Shown: positions 51,008 to 61,607 of the stretch, in pieces
Numbering within the stretch: position 1 is the stretch's first letter
Layout: every line of letters begins with the position of its first letter
Origin: Armatimonadota bacterium
Lineage (GTDB): Bacteria; Armatimonadota; SYMT01
Direction of reading: 5' to 3'
NCBI GenBank assembly: GCA_041690135.1
Contig: JAWLHY010000005.1
Coordinates: 192,001 to 256,000, forward strand
DNA: 64,000 nt
Program-made: the position numbers and the translations under genes
The notes under the pieces: model-generated
The model's database searches: none
What the model saw: the letters and a program-made list of their open reading frames with translations, nothing else
What the model was told of the DNA's origin: nothing

Positions 51008-51212
51008 GAGAGCCTGCCTTTCGGGCAAATAAAAGCGCGCGAAAACCGGAATGGCACCCGGGCATCTGATCCCACAGGTGCGGCACTGCACTTCCGGAAT
51101 TCGCGCGCTCAACCGCGAGCATGCACTCTTCATTTAGCGGAGCGGCTCGGGGAAGTTTGAGAACGCTTGTTGCATTGATGTTGGACTGGTGGTCGACCTT
51201 CAGTTCTTTCCG

Positions 51213-51941
51213 CTATTTCTCCCCGGAGTCTTCGGGCAGGTAGACGGGATCGAGCAGCTTCCGAATCTCCTGATCGATCTTCTGCGTGAGCCAGTCGGCT
51301 TGCTCGCGGCGGCTCATCTCCGGAGGTGCGGAAGCGGGATCGAGCGGGGGGCCGAAACGGACGCGCACTCCCCCGCGGGCGTAGCGGGGGATGCAATACG
51401 GCAGCGTGATCGTTCTTTCGGTGCCCATCAAGGCGGTGGGTACGATAGGGACGCCGGTGCGGAGGGCAATGAGCGCCAGTCCGGACTGAAGGGGCGCCAA
51501 TTTACGATGGCGGCTGACGTGTCCCTCCGGGTAGATGCAGACCGCCTCCCCCGCCTTCAACAGATTTTCCGTATGCCGGATGGCCTGGCGATCCATCACC
51601 GCCTGCACCCGCACGGGAAAAGCGAGGTGGAGCCGGGAGAGTGGGGCCAACACCGGCACCCGGAAGAGCATGTCCTTGCCCATGAACCAGCACCGCCGGG
51701 TCATCGCCAAGCCGATGGCGGGCGGGTCCGCGTAGCTGAGGTGGTTAGAGGCGATCAACACACCGCCCGTCGGCGGCACGTGTTCACGGCCTTCGACTCG
51801 CCATCCGCCCAGGAGCGTGAAGAGTGAGCGCACCAGCACCCGGGTGATGGGGAAGATGATGGGGTACAGGCGCGGGATGCGAACATCTTCCACTTCGGGA
51901 GCAGAAGCGGGAACTTTTTCGGGGGCAGAGGTATCTGTCAC
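51213..51941 (-). CDS. Lysophospholipid acyltransferase (PlsC family)
   Basis: NHLSYAD, YPEG, PIVP. Confidence 0.9.
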   Translation of the reverse strand: MTDTSAPEKVPASAPEVEDVRIPRLYPIIFPITRVLVRSLFTLLGGWRVEGREHVPPTGGVLIASNHLSYADPPAIGLAMTRRCWFMGKDMLFRVPVLAPLSRLHLAFPVRVQAVMDRQAIRHTENLLKAGEAVCIYPEGHVSRHRKLAPLQSGLALIALRTGVPIVPTALMGTERTITLPYCIPRYARGGVRVRFGPPLDPASAPPEMSRREQADWLTQKIDQEIRKLLDPVYLPEDSGEK

Positions 51942-52022
51942 GGAGAGCAGTTAGTGACGAGCGGCCTACCTTCCTCTCTTTTGGTGCTGGACGCTGCCGC
52001 GGATTGGCGGGAGATGGATCAG

Positions 52023-52150
52023 GGTTGAAGGTTGGAAGGTTGAAGGTTGAAGGTTGAAGGTTGAAGGTTGAAGGTTGCGGCGAGGTGAGAGGTGGAAGGT
52101 GCGAGGAGAAGGTCGGAGGTTGGAGGGTGAAAGGTGGAAATTGAAGGTTC
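52023..52150. repeat. (GGTTGAA)n heptamer tandem repeat
   Basis: About 7 near-perfect units 52023-52077, degenerate to ~52150. Confidence 0.85.
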
Positions 52151-52247
52151 CGCTCGGGGACCAGGGGTGAAGTTCCCGTGCGGGGATCTGGTTGGGAATA
52201 CACTGGGGGCAGGCCAGGGATGCGTTGCAAGTGGGTATTAGCAGGTA

Positions 52248-53360
52248 ATGAGACCATCCGGTAGCAATTCCGTCCAACCACGACTGCGGCGAGTTTCCCG
52301 GGGTGTGCGCGCTTTGTGGAGTGATCGGCGCGACCGCGCCGAGACGCTGGTGGTGATTCTGCTGCAGGTGCTGGGACGCCTCAGTCTGGCGGTCCTGGTG
52401 GCGTTCCTGGCGATGTACCTATTCGTCCGCATTGCGCTGGAGGTGCAGGCCGGTTCCACGCACGCCTTCGACGTGGCGGCCGTCGAGTTCTTCCAAACGC
52501 ATCGGGATCCCCTGCTCTACCGGGTGATGCGGGCGATCTCGTGGCTGGGCGAGTGGCGTCCACAGACGGCGCTAATCCTGGCGGCGCTGGGCGGTATGGC
52601 GCTGGTGAGGCGCCTCTGGCCGGACGGACTGGCACTGGTACTCTCGAGCGCCGGGGGATTGCTGTTGGTGCTGACCCTCAAGGTGCTCTTTGGGCGGCCG
52701 CGCCCGGCCGAGATGTTCGCCCACCTGGGATACGCGTTTCCCTCGGGACACTCTTTTCTGGCGGTCGCCGTGTATGGGGTGCTGGCTTACTGGGTCGCCG
52801 TCGATGCGCCCCGTTGGGCGGCGAGGCTGGCGTGGACGGTGGCGGTTATCATGATGCTTCTGATGGGCTTCAGTCGGGTTTATGTGGGTGAGCACTACCC
52901 CTCCGACGTGGCCGGCGGGTTCGCCCTGGCCGTACCCTGGCTCTGGGGCTGCCTGTCGATCCCGGCCGCGTTCCACCGTCGGGGACATCGCATGACCCTG
53001 GAGGAACGCAAGACCCTCTACCGCACCGGGCGGGAGCGCCTGCTGTCCGCGCGAGATGAGAAACCGGCGCTGCTGGCGCTCTCCGTGGCCCTGGCTCGCG
53101 ACCGGCGCGTGCCGATCCTCCGGCGGGTGGCGCTGGTCCTTTCCGCCAACTACATGGCAATGCCATTCGACCTGATTCCCGACTCCTGGGCCGGGGTGGG
53201 CAGCATCGACGACCTGGCGCTGGCGGCGACGGTACTGGCGTGGACGCTCCCCCGGCTATCCCCGGAGTTGCAGCGAGAGCACTGGAGCGGGGACGCGGAT
53301 CTCGGCGAGCTGGTTGAACGGATGTGCCAGGGGGTTCGGGAGATCTTCGGGCGTTCGTGA
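52248..53360 (+). CDS. PAP2 phosphatase fused to DUF1232-like C-terminal domain
   Basis: K..FGRPRP, FPSGH, SRVYVGEHYPSD; then Y.AMPFDLIPD..GVGSIDDL. Confidence 0.82.
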   Translation: MRPSGSNSVQPRLRRVSRGVRALWSDRRDRAETLVVILLQVLGRLSLAVLVAFLAMYLFVRIALEVQAGSTHAFDVAAVEFFQTHRDPLLYRVMRAISWLGEWRPQTALILAALGGMALVRRLWPDGLALVLSSAGGLLLVLTLKVLFGRPRPAEMFAHLGYAFPSGHSFLAVAVYGVLAYWVAVDAPRWAARLAWTVAVIMMLLMGFSRVYVGEHYPSDVAGGFALAVPWLWGCLSIPAAFHRRGHRMTLEERKTLYRTGRERLLSARDEKPALLALSVALARDRRVPILRRVALVLSANYMAMPFDLIPDSWAGVGSIDDLALAATVLAWTLPRLSPELQREHWSGDADLGELVERMCQGVREIFGRS

Positions 53361-53371
53361 ATGGAGCCGTC

Positions 53372-54502
53372 CTACTTGCGCGGACGGGCCGTGAACTTCT
53401 GGAGACGCTTCCCGTTGACCTCGGCGACGTAGAGCGCGCCGCTCTCATCGACGCAAAGTAGGTGCGGCAGGTCGAATTCTCCCGGGGCTTTGCCCAGCGC
53501 CCCCCAGTGAGCGAGGCGCTTTCCATCAAGGTCGTACAGGCTGACGGTATGGGCTCTCCCGTCCGTCACGAAGAGGCGCTGGTCCGGCGTGATGAAGAGC
53601 CCGTAGGGGTAGCCCACGTGGTTCCACTGGGTCAGGAACCGGCCTTCGGGCGTGAAGATCTGAATGCGCTGGTTCTCGCGATCCGCCACGAACACACGTC
53701 CTTGTTTATCCACCGCAATGGAGTGCGGCAGGTTGAACTCCCCCTCCCCTTTGCCTTTACGGCCCCAGGTGGAAAGGTACTTGCCCTCGCGGCTGAGAAG
53801 AACGACCCGAGCGTTTCCGTAGCCGTCGGAGATATAGACTTCGCCGCCGGCGCCGAACGCGACGTCGGTGGGACGGTTGTAGTGCGTGGCATCCGCTCCC
53901 GGCTGGTTGCGCACACCGAAGGTGGCGAGGACCTTGCCGTCGGGGCTGCACTTGACGACGCGGTGGTCGGCGCTGTCGGTCAGCCAGAGGTTCCCCTCCG
54001 GATCGAAACGGCAGCCGTGCGGGCTAGTGAACATGCCCGCCCCCCAGGAACGCCGGTAGTTCCCCTCCCGGTCGAAGACCAGCACGGGATGGGGCGCTCG
54101 CTGGAAGACGAAGACCTGACCGCGCGCGTCTATCGCCACGGCGGAGACGGCACTGACCCCATAACCGGGAGCTTCCGCCGCGCCCTTCGGCCAGCCGGGG
54201 ACGGGGGCGTAGGAATTATGGGTGGCGGCTGCTGGTGAGACGAGGGGGGAGGCAGTGAGCAGTAGGCAGAAGGCAGTGGGAAGGCGGAAGGCAGTGGGCA
54301 GAAGGCGGGGGGCAGTGGGCAGAAGGCAGTGGGCAGTGGGCAGAAGGCGGAAGGCAGTGGGCAGGCGGTGGAGGGGAGAGGGCAGTGGTGGGTGAGCGGG
54401 GCGGGACGCCTTGGGTGCGGGGCGGGACGCGTTGGGTACAGGGCGGGACGCCCTGGGTGCGGGGCGGGGGATGGATCGGATTGCCCGGAGGATGTTACTC
54501 AT
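53372..54502 (-). CDS. NHL-repeat (peptidyl-alpha-hydroxyglycine lyase-like) protein with repeat-derived N-terminus
   Basis: [34 protein letters not shown]; start uncertain. Confidence 0.85.
   Translation of the reverse strand: MSNILRAIRSIPRPAPRASRPVPNASRPAPKASRPAHPPLPSPLHRLPTAFRLLPTAHCLLPTAPRLLPTAFRLPTAFCLLLTASPLVSPAAATHNSYAPVPGWPKGAAEAPGYGVSAVSAVAIDARGQVFVFQRAPHPVLVFDREGNYRRSWGAGMFTSPHGCRFDPEGNLWLTDSADHRVVKCSPDGKVLATFGVRNQPGADATHYNRPTDVAFGAGGEVYISDGYGNARVVLLSREGKYLSTWGRKGKGEGEFNLPHSIAVDKQGRVFVADRENQRIQIFTPEGRFLTQWNHVGYPYGLFITPDQRLFVTDGRAHTVSLYDLDGKRLAHWGALGKAPGEFDLPHLLCVDESGALYVAEVNGKRLQKFTARPRK
54250..54469. repeat. (GGCAGTG/GGCAGAA)n heptamers plus 21-mer tandem repeat
   Basis: Heptamers 54250-54390; GCGGGGCGGGACGCCTTGGGT-like x3 at 54396-54469. 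Confidence 0.85.
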
Positions 54503-54866
54503 GGCTGCTGCTTTCCTGGCGCGGTCGAGGGGCGTTGCCGGAAAGCCGTTTCTCGCCGGTCAGGGTGACTCCTCTTCCGATCGGTGCGCCTGGATGAGAG
54601 TACACGCCCACTCCTCCTGTTCGGGAGGGAGCGGCGGCACGATGGGGTCGGCGGTGTAGTCAATCTCCCGGCGATGGGACCGGCGTCGTAGCAGCGGTTG
54701 AAGACAAACGAAACTCGAGCGCTTTCCAGCGAAGGACCAGCGCAACCATTCCGGCCGGGCTGCGTTATGCATGATGCGGCCCTCGCAGGAGGTACCGCGC
54801 CGGGTGTCCAAGGGACGCATAGCAAGGGGCGCGGTCGGCAGTGGCCGCAAGCGGGAGATGTAGCGG

Positions 54867-55865
54867 ATGAGTGGTTTCTTCGGACGGCTGATGAACCAGT
54901 GGATCGAGGTGATCGAGTGGCTCGATCCGACGAACGACATCATGGTCTACCGGTTCCCGGTGGCCAATAACGAGATCAAGATGGGCGCCAAGCTGACGGT
55001 CCGCGAAGGGCAGGCGGCGGTGTTCATCAACGAGGGGCAGATCGCGGACGTGTTCGGGCCGGGGCTCTACACCCTTTCGACCCAGAACATGCCGATCATG
55101 ACGATGCTCCGGTCGTGGCCGCATGGGTTCAACTCGCCGTTCAAGGCGGAGGTTTACTTCGTCAGCACGCGACAGTTTCTGGACCTGAAGTGGGGCACGC
55201 CGAACCCGATCCCGATGCGGGACGCGGACTTCGGGGTGGTCCGCACCCGGGCTTTCGGCAGCTACGGGATCCGGATCACCGACCCCACCGCCTTCATTCG
55301 AGAGGTGGTCGGCACCGACGGCCTCTTCACCACGGATGAGATCACCGGGCAACTGCGGGACCTGGTCATCTCCGAGTTCACCACGGCGCTCGGCGAATTG
55401 AAGATCCCCGTGCTGGACCTGGCCTCGAACTACCGGGCTCTGTCGCAGACGATCCTGGAAACGGTGCGTCCCCACTTCACCACCTACGGTTTGGATATCA
55501 CCCGGTTCGTGATCGAGAACATCTCGGTGCCGCCGGAAGTCGAGGCGGCAATCGACAAGCGCTCCAGCATGGGGGTGGTGGGCGTCCGCGACTACGCTAC
55601 CTTTCAGACGGCGAACGCGATCGAGACCAGCGCGGGGATTCCCGGCGGCGGGGGCAGCCCGGCCGTGGACATGGCCCAGATGATGGCCGGAATGGCGATG
55701 GGCCAGAAGATGATGAAGGGGCTCGAAGGCTCCGAGCCGGAAGCGCCTGGCGGTGGAAAGTCCGTGACGGAGCGGCTCAAGGAGATCCACGAGCTGCACC
55801 AGGCAGGGATTCTCACAGAAGAAGAGTACCAGTCCAAGAAGGCCGAGTTGCTGAAGCTGCTGTAA
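54867..55865 (+). CDS. SPFH domain protein (YdjI-like) with C-terminal SHOCT
   Basis: EIKMGAKLTVREGQ.AVF, SPFKAEVYF, KWGTPNPI; LKEIHELHQAGILTEEEYQSKKAELL. Confidence 0.88.
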   Translation: MSGFFGRLMNQWIEVIEWLDPTNDIMVYRFPVANNEIKMGAKLTVREGQAAVFINEGQIADVFGPGLYTLSTQNMPIMTMLRSWPHGFNSPFKAEVYFVSTRQFLDLKWGTPNPIPMRDADFGVVRTRAFGSYGIRITDPTAFIREVVGTDGLFTTDEITGQLRDLVISEFTTALGELKIPVLDLASNYRALSQTILETVRPHFTTYGLDITRFVIENISVPPEVEAAIDKRSSMGVVGVRDYATFQTANAIETSAGIPGGGGSPAVDMAQMMAGMAMGQKMMKGLEGSEPEAPGGGKSVTERLKEIHELHQAGILTEEEYQSKKAELLKLL

Positions 55866-55868
55866 GCC

Positions 55869-57002
55869 ATGAGCGACGGAGCCCTGACAACCGGTTCGAC
55901 CCATGCGCCCGGTGAGGTCCGCAAGTTTCCCTGCAAGCAGTGCGGTGCGGGGCTGACCTTTGCCCCCGGACAGTCCGCGCTGGAGTGCCCCTACTGTGGG
56001 TTCCGGGAGGAGATTCCGACCACGCCACAGGCGATCCAGGAGTACGACCTGGAGTCGGCACTGGCCCAGGAGCCGCATGGCGAGGGCTGGGGCATCGAGC
56101 GGCGGGCGCTGCACTGCGAGAACTGCGGGGCGACCACGACCTTCCAGCCGGGGCAGGTCGCGGGCCAGTGCGCCTTCTGCGGGTCGAGCAAGGTCGTCGA
56201 ACAGGGCGCCTCACAGAACCTGATCCAGCCGGAAAGCCTCATCCCGTTCGCCGTCAAGCGGGATGAGGCCGTGGCCTGCTTCCGAAAGTGGATCGGCAGC
56301 CGCTGGTTCCGCCCCAACGATCTGAAGGAGGCGGGAAGGCTGGCGAAGATCCAGGGGGCGTACCTGCCGTTCTGGACCTACGACGCGCTCACCGTCTCCC
56401 ACTGGACCGCGGATGCCGGCTACCACTACTGGGAGACGGAGACCTACACCGAGACCGATTCCGAAGGCCGGACCCAAACCAAGACGCGGCAGGTGCAGAA
56501 GACGCGCTGGCATCCCGCCTCCGGGACCCGGCAGGACTTCTTCGATGACGAGCTGATCTGTGCGTCGACCGGCCTGCCTCCCCAGTTAATCCAGGGAATC
56601 TGCCCGTTCGACCTGAACGCCCTCGCCCCTTACGACCCGAACTACCTGGCCGGGTTTTCGGCGGAAGAGTACCAGGTAGGGTTGCGGGAAGGCTGGCACA
56701 CGGCCCAGTCCCGAATTCAGGCGAAGGTCGAGATGGCCTGCGCAGGCGACGTGCCGGGCGACACCCACCGCAACCTGCGGGTAAATACCGCTTATTACCG
56801 GATGACCTACAAGCACCTGCTGCTGCCGGTCTGGATCGCCGCCTACCTCTACAACGACAAGACTTACCGGTTCCTGGTCAACGGCCAGACGGGCAAAGCC
56901 TCGGGCGAGGCGCCGTTAAGCTGGTGGAAGATCGCCGGCCTGGTCCTGGTGATCCTCGCGGTGGCGCTGCTGATCTACTTCCTCCGGAACCAGGGCTTGT
57001 GA
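55869..57002 (+). CDS. Double zinc-ribbon membrane protein
   Basis: CxxC x4, YLPFWTYD, LLPVW, VNGQTGK, C-terminal TM. Confidence 0.85.
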   Translation: MSDGALTTGSTHAPGEVRKFPCKQCGAGLTFAPGQSALECPYCGFREEIPTTPQAIQEYDLESALAQEPHGEGWGIERRALHCENCGATTTFQPGQVAGQCAFCGSSKVVEQGASQNLIQPESLIPFAVKRDEAVACFRKWIGSRWFRPNDLKEAGRLAKIQGAYLPFWTYDALTVSHWTADAGYHYWETETYTETDSEGRTQTKTRQVQKTRWHPASGTRQDFFDDELICASTGLPPQLIQGICPFDLNALAPYDPNYLAGFSAEEYQVGLREGWHTAQSRIQAKVEMACAGDVPGDTHRNLRVNTAYYRMTYKHLLLPVWIAAYLYNDKTYRFLVNGQTGKASGEAPLSWWKIAGLVLVILAVALLIYFLRNQGL

Positions 57003-57215
57003 AAAATGGTGCTTGACGACCCCAGGCACGAGGGGTATAAAGAACGCGAACAACCCTGATCTACCGCGATCGACCGGAAGGCGAGCTGGACGGCACGTTC
57101 CTGCAATGAACGGGCCGGGCAGAACACAGGCCGGCCGCACGGATTTCGCACTGGAGCGCCAGGCGCGGCGGAGTGGCTTTAGCCCTCTTTCCGCCGGGCT
57201 CCATGAGGACTCGTG

Positions 57216-57686
57216 ATGCCCGCGTTCGTTCAACGCTTGCCGTTCGACCATGGCTCGACTTCCTCTGCCGGACACACACAGGGGCCCCGCGCCTCCCAGG
57301 TCCGCGCCGCCCTCGTGTTGGTGACCCAGGTCTCCCCCGACATTCATCCCGTACTCCAGTTCGCCGCCGCCTTTTGTGACGATGTAACGGCAGTTTACGT
57401 GGATGACGACCCCGCGGAGACGCGGCGTTTCGCGGCCCGCTGGGCGCAAAGTGGCGCGACGGCTCCCCTGGTGGTGCTGGATGGAAACCCGGAATCCCAT
57501 CTCGATCCGCTGGCCGCCTACATCGAGAACCTGGGACTGGTGGAGCGGGACGAGGTGATGGTGGTGGTCCCTGAAAAGGAATACCCCCGGGGGGTGCGCC
57601 CTTCCGGTGCGCCCGACCTCGATCTATGCGATCTCAACCGGGATTACTGTCCAATTTCCGGTTTGCCGCGAATCCCGGGTTCTTAA
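57216..57686 (+). CDS. Hypothetical protein resembling the USP-like C-terminal domain of APC transporters
   Basis: V.AVYVDDDPAET..F..RW...PLVVL...L.AYIE...VVVPE pattern. Confidence 0.55.
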   Translation: MPAFVQRLPFDHGSTSSAGHTQGPRASQVRAALVLVTQVSPDIHPVLQFAAAFCDDVTAVYVDDDPAETRRFAARWAQSGATAPLVVLDGNPESHLDPLAAYIENLGLVERDEVMVVVPEKEYPRGVRPSGAPDLDLCDLNRDYCPISGLPRIPGS

Positions 57687-57694
57687 AGTACTTG

Positions 57695-57828
57695 GTGTGG
57701 AAGTAGGTGTGTGTGGAAGTAGGTGTGTGTGGAAGTAGGAGATGAAGAAAGGCTTCTAAATTCCAGGTCACTCCCTCACCCCCTCACTACTCCAATCCCC
57801 TACCCCCATACTTCCCTACCCCCACACC
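57695..57828. repeat. (GTGTGGAAGTAGGTGT)x3 with inverted C-rich partner
   Basis: 57695-57739 tandem; CCCTACCCCCATACTTCCCTACCCCCACACC at 57798-57828. Confidence 0.8.
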
Positions 57829-57866
57829 ACAGCTTCTTTTCCACTACCCCTCCCCTGTTTGCCTGT

Positions 57867-58994
57867 CTACCGTCTTGCCGGGCGCTTCGTAGATTTTCCG
57901 AAGCGGTGGCTGTAACCAGCGAGGATGAAGTAGTCCGCGAAGGTGGCGTCTCCCTCGAAGTTGCTGAAGTCGGCCTGGCGGTTGCGCTGGGTGGCGACCG
58001 GAACCGTGATTGAGAACGTGTCGTTTCCGCGGGTGTACACGAGACCCGGCTCCACAAAAATCGAGTATCCGGGCCGCCGCCAACCGTTGCTGTCGCCGAG
58101 CACGTCGTTGGGGGGAACGCCTTCGATCCGCCCGGCCAGGACCACGCTCAAGCCGCGCGCGGTCGGCACCGGGAGCGCTACCCCCACCCGGGCCAGGTAC
58201 TGATCCGGTACCGAGTTGATCTTGAGGTGTGCCAGGTTCGCGGGAACGTTTTGTCCGAACAGGTTCACCAGGATGGAAGGGGTCCCGTTCGTGTCCCGGG
58301 GATTCATGAGGTAGGTGCCGGAAGCGAACCAGGTGGCGGTTCCCACCTGACGGAACGCCTGGAGGTCCAGGATGATCCCCCACCCCCCGTCCCCCGGTTG
58401 GATGGAAATGTCCACCGGCTTCACCTGGGGGTTCTGGCCGGTGAGGCGGGGGAAGCGGTCCTGAGCATCGTAGTTGCCGGTGGGCGCCTTAACGCCAAGT
58501 CCGAGTGAAATATTGTGCTTCGTGTGCTTGTCGCAGTCCAGCAGCCAGTAACGGGCGGTCAGCGAGACATCTCCCAGTCCACTCGCGCTCTGTACCTGCC
58601 GGGGACCTGGCGTGGGGGCGGTAGGAAGCGGAATAGACCAGCTGCCGTAAACGAGGATCGGCACGCTTAGCGTGAGGTTGAACTGGCGGTTAACTGCGTA
58701 CGTGGGAGCCAGGTCGAGGATCTGCTGTTTGTTGACCACAAACGTGCCGAGATGCTCGCGCTCCACCTGCTCCTCGGTTCCTTTGAAGTGACGATCGGAA
58801 CGGAGATGGCGATAACTGGCAAAGATCTGCCACTCGCCCGGATCGAGATAGGGGCTTTGTTGGGCGCCAAGCACGGGCGCCGTCTGTCTTGCGACCACTC
58901 AGCCCTGGGCCGCAGCGGGCCGCGAGGCCGACAGACTCGCCGCGGCGAGCAAGCCGCCCAGCAACGCCTTCACCGCGTGTTCCCGGAATCGCAT
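57867..58994 (-). CDS. Secreted beta-barrel 'transporter' family protein with in-frame UGA (probable Sec) at 58899-58901
   Basis: ATG 58994 with GGGAG RBS; signal peptide ..RPAAAQG-U-VVARQTAP continues in frame into a barrel-like ORF (GLGDVSL, GVKAPTG, IQPGDGGWG, EPGLVY). Confidence 0.8.
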
Positions 58995-59230
58995 CAGTTG
59001 ATTCTCCCGTTGTCGCACGTGCCGCCTACCCTTGCGGCGACCACGTTTACGGCAGGTTGGCTCGGGCTGGCGGCAGATCCTTGCTTGCATGGTTAAAAGG
59101 CGCTAAGTGTCGCGGCGTGGAAGGGGAACCTTAACGTCTATTAATCCGGGCGCCGCTCTTGTCGTACGAGAGCCCGCGGAACAGCGCAAAAATGTTTTGC
59201 GGACCCGTCTCAAACTTTTCCGGGTCCGGA

Positions 59231-59239
59231 TGCTATAAC
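59231..59239 (+). promoter_or_regulatory. Extended -10 promoter upstream of GS III
   Basis: TGCTATAAC ~150 nt before ATG. Confidence 0.5.
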
Positions 59240-59388
59240 CTAGTTTGGAACGGCGCGTCGGATGCGCGGTCGGTGTTGCCGCTGCTCGAGTCAACGGAGA
59301 CTTTCTGGGGGGACGCAGGTCCCGAAGTGCCAGAAGACTGCCTGTTCCCTTCGTCTACCGTTGTCGATAGAGTTAGGATCAAATTCTC

Positions 59389-61572
59389 ATGAGTGGCAGC
59401 ACGTCTCGCCTTCAGGCGATCTCCGCCGTAACGAACTACAAGCCGGTCACCTCGGCCGCCGACTTCGCGGGAATGCCGTCGGGTAAGCTGTACGGCTCCA
59501 ACGTCTTCAGCATGGCGGAGATGGAGAAGCGGCTCCCCAGGGACGTTTTCAAGTCCCTCAAGCGCACGATCGAGAAGGGTGAAAAGCTCGACATCGCCGT
59601 GGCCGACAGCGTGGCGGCCGCGATGATGGCCTGGGCGATCGAGAAGGGGGCTACGCATTACGCGCATGTGTTCTTCCCGCTGACGGGGTTGACAGCGGAG
59701 AAGCACGACAGTTTCCTCGTGCCGGACGGCCGGGGCGGTGCGCTGGCGGAGTTCTCCGGAAAGCAGTTGATCCAGGGTGAACCGGACGCTTCCAGCTTCC
59801 CCTCCGGCGGCATCCGCGCTACTTTCGAAGCCCGCGGATACACCGCCTGGGACATCACCAGCCCGGCTTACATCCTGGAGAACCCGAACGGATCCACCCT
59901 CTGTATTCCCACCGCGTTCGTATCGTGGACGGGTGAGGCGCTCGACAAGAAGACGCCGGTCCTGCGTTCGATGCAGGCCCTGAACGCCCAGGCCCAGCGG
60001 ATCCTCAAGCTGTTCGGCCACACCGACGGCGCGATGGTCAGCTCGACGGCCGGCCCCGAGCAGGAGTACTTCCTGATCGACCGCAACTTCTACTTCGCGC
60101 GGCCGGACTTGCTGAACGCGGGACGCACCCTCTTCGGCGCGAAGCCGCCCAAGGGGCAGGAGTTCGAGGACCACTACTTCGGCGCCATTCCGGAGCGGGT
60201 GCTGGCTTTCATGATGGAAGTCGAGCGGGACCTCGTTAAGCTCGGCGTACCGGTGAAGACGCGCCACAACGAAGTCGCCCCCGCCCAGTATGAGATTGCG
60301 CCGACCTTCGAAACGGCGAACGTGGCGACCGACCACCAGCAGTTGATCCAGATCACGCTGAAGCGCGTCGCCGAGAAATACGGGATGGCGTGCCTCCTGC
60401 ACGAGAAGCCGTTCGCGGGCGTGAACGGATCGGGCAAGCACGTGAACTGGTCGCTCGGCAGCGCTACCCGCGGCAACCTGCTGGATCCGGGCGATAACCC
60501 GCACGATAACGCGCAGTTCCTGGTGTTCTGCGCCGCCGTGATCCGCGCGGTCCACAAGTTCGCTCCGCTGCTCCGCGCCGTGGTGGCCCATGCGGGCAAC
60601 GACCACCGGCTGGGCGCCAACGAAGCGCCGCCCGCAATCATCTCGATCTTCCTCGGTGACCAGCTGGCGGACATCTTCGAGCAAATCAAGGCGGGTGGAG
60701 CCACGAGCTCCAAGGGCAAAGGGACTCTCACCGTGGGGGTAGACGTGCTGCCGCCCCTGCCGAAGGACGCCGGCGACCGCAACCGGACCAGTCCGTTCGC
60801 CTTCACGGGCAACCGGTTCGAGTTCCGGGCCGTGGGTTCGAACCAGTCGATCGCCGGGCCGCTGGTGGCGATGAACACGATCGTCGCCGAGTCCCTCGAC
60901 TACTGTGCCTCGCAATTGGAAGCCGCCACCGGTGGGGACCCGTCCAAGCTGAATGCGGCGGTTCAAGAGCTGCTGAAGAGCATCATCGACGAGCATGGCG
61001 CCGTGATCTTTAACGGCGACGGCTACTCGGAAGAGTGGCACCAGGAAGCGGAGCGTCGCGGGCTGCCTAACCTGAAGACCACGGTAGACGCCATTCCGGC
61101 GCTGACTTCGCCGGAGGCGCTCGACCTGTTCAATAAGTACTCGGTCCTCTCGCCTCGCGAACTGGAGAGCCGCCAGGAGATCTACCTGGAGCAGTACTGC
61201 AAGACGGTCAACGTCGAGGCGCTGCTGACCCTGAAGATGGCCCGCACGATGATCTACCCGGCCGGGGCGCGCTACCTGTCGTCGCTGGCCGAGACCTACA
61301 CCGGTCTGAAGGCGGCCGGGGTGGATGGGGATACCAGCACCCTGGAAGCGGTGAACGACCTGGTGAAGGGACTGCAGGCTGCCATCGCCAAGCTGGAGAG
61401 TGTGATGGGGCACAACGGCGCGGAATCGTCGCTCGACGAGGCGACGCATTTCGGGCGCGAGGTGCTGCCGGCGATGCTGGAGGTCCGGAAGTACGCCGAC
61501 GCCCTGGAAGGGGTCGTGCCGGACGACTTCTGGCCGCTGCCCACCTACCAGGAAATGCTGTTCATCAAGTAG
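59389..61572 (+). CDS. Glutamine synthetase type III
   Basis: [25 protein letters not shown]-like [48 protein letters not shown]. Confidence 0.96.
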   Translation: MSGSTSRLQAISAVTNYKPVTSAADFAGMPSGKLYGSNVFSMAEMEKRLPRDVFKSLKRTIEKGEKLDIAVADSVAAAMMAWAIEKGATHYAHVFFPLTGLTAEKHDSFLVPDGRGGALAEFSGKQLIQGEPDASSFPSGGIRATFEARGYTAWDITSPAYILENPNGSTLCIPTAFVSWTGEALDKKTPVLRSMQALNAQAQRILKLFGHTDGAMVSSTAGPEQEYFLIDRNFYFARPDLLNAGRTLFGAKPPKGQEFEDHYFGAIPERVLAFMMEVERDLVKLGVPVKTRHNEVAPAQYEIAPTFETANVATDHQQLIQITLKRVAEKYGMACLLHEKPFAGVNGSGKHVNWSLGSATRGNLLDPGDNPHDNAQFLVFCAAVIRAVHKFAPLLRAVVAHAGNDHRLGANEAPPAIISIFLGDQLADIFEQIKAGGATSSKGKGTLTVGVDVLPPLPKDAGDRNRTSPFAFTGNRFEFRAVGSNQSIAGPLVAMNTIVAESLDYCASQLEAATGGDPSKLNAAVQELLKSIIDEHGAVIFNGDGYSEEWHQEAERRGLPNLKTTVDAIPALTSPEALDLFNKYSVLSPRELESRQEIYLEQYCKTVNVEALLTLKMARTMIYPAGARYLSSLAETYTGLKAAGVDGDTSTLEAVNDLVKGLQAAIAKLESVMGHNGAESSLDEATHFGREVLPAMLEVRKYADALEGVVPDDFWPLPTYQEMLFIK

Positions 61573-61607
61573 GCTCCGGAGTCGTATACATCCGTAGTGG
61601 AGTCACC

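Noticed and set aside
57695-57739. Possible CRISPR array
   Set aside because: 16-nt units are directly tandem with no unique spacers; no cas genes
59243-59265. Sigma-54 promoter for GS III
   Set aside because: TGGAAC is not followed by GC at the -12 spacing
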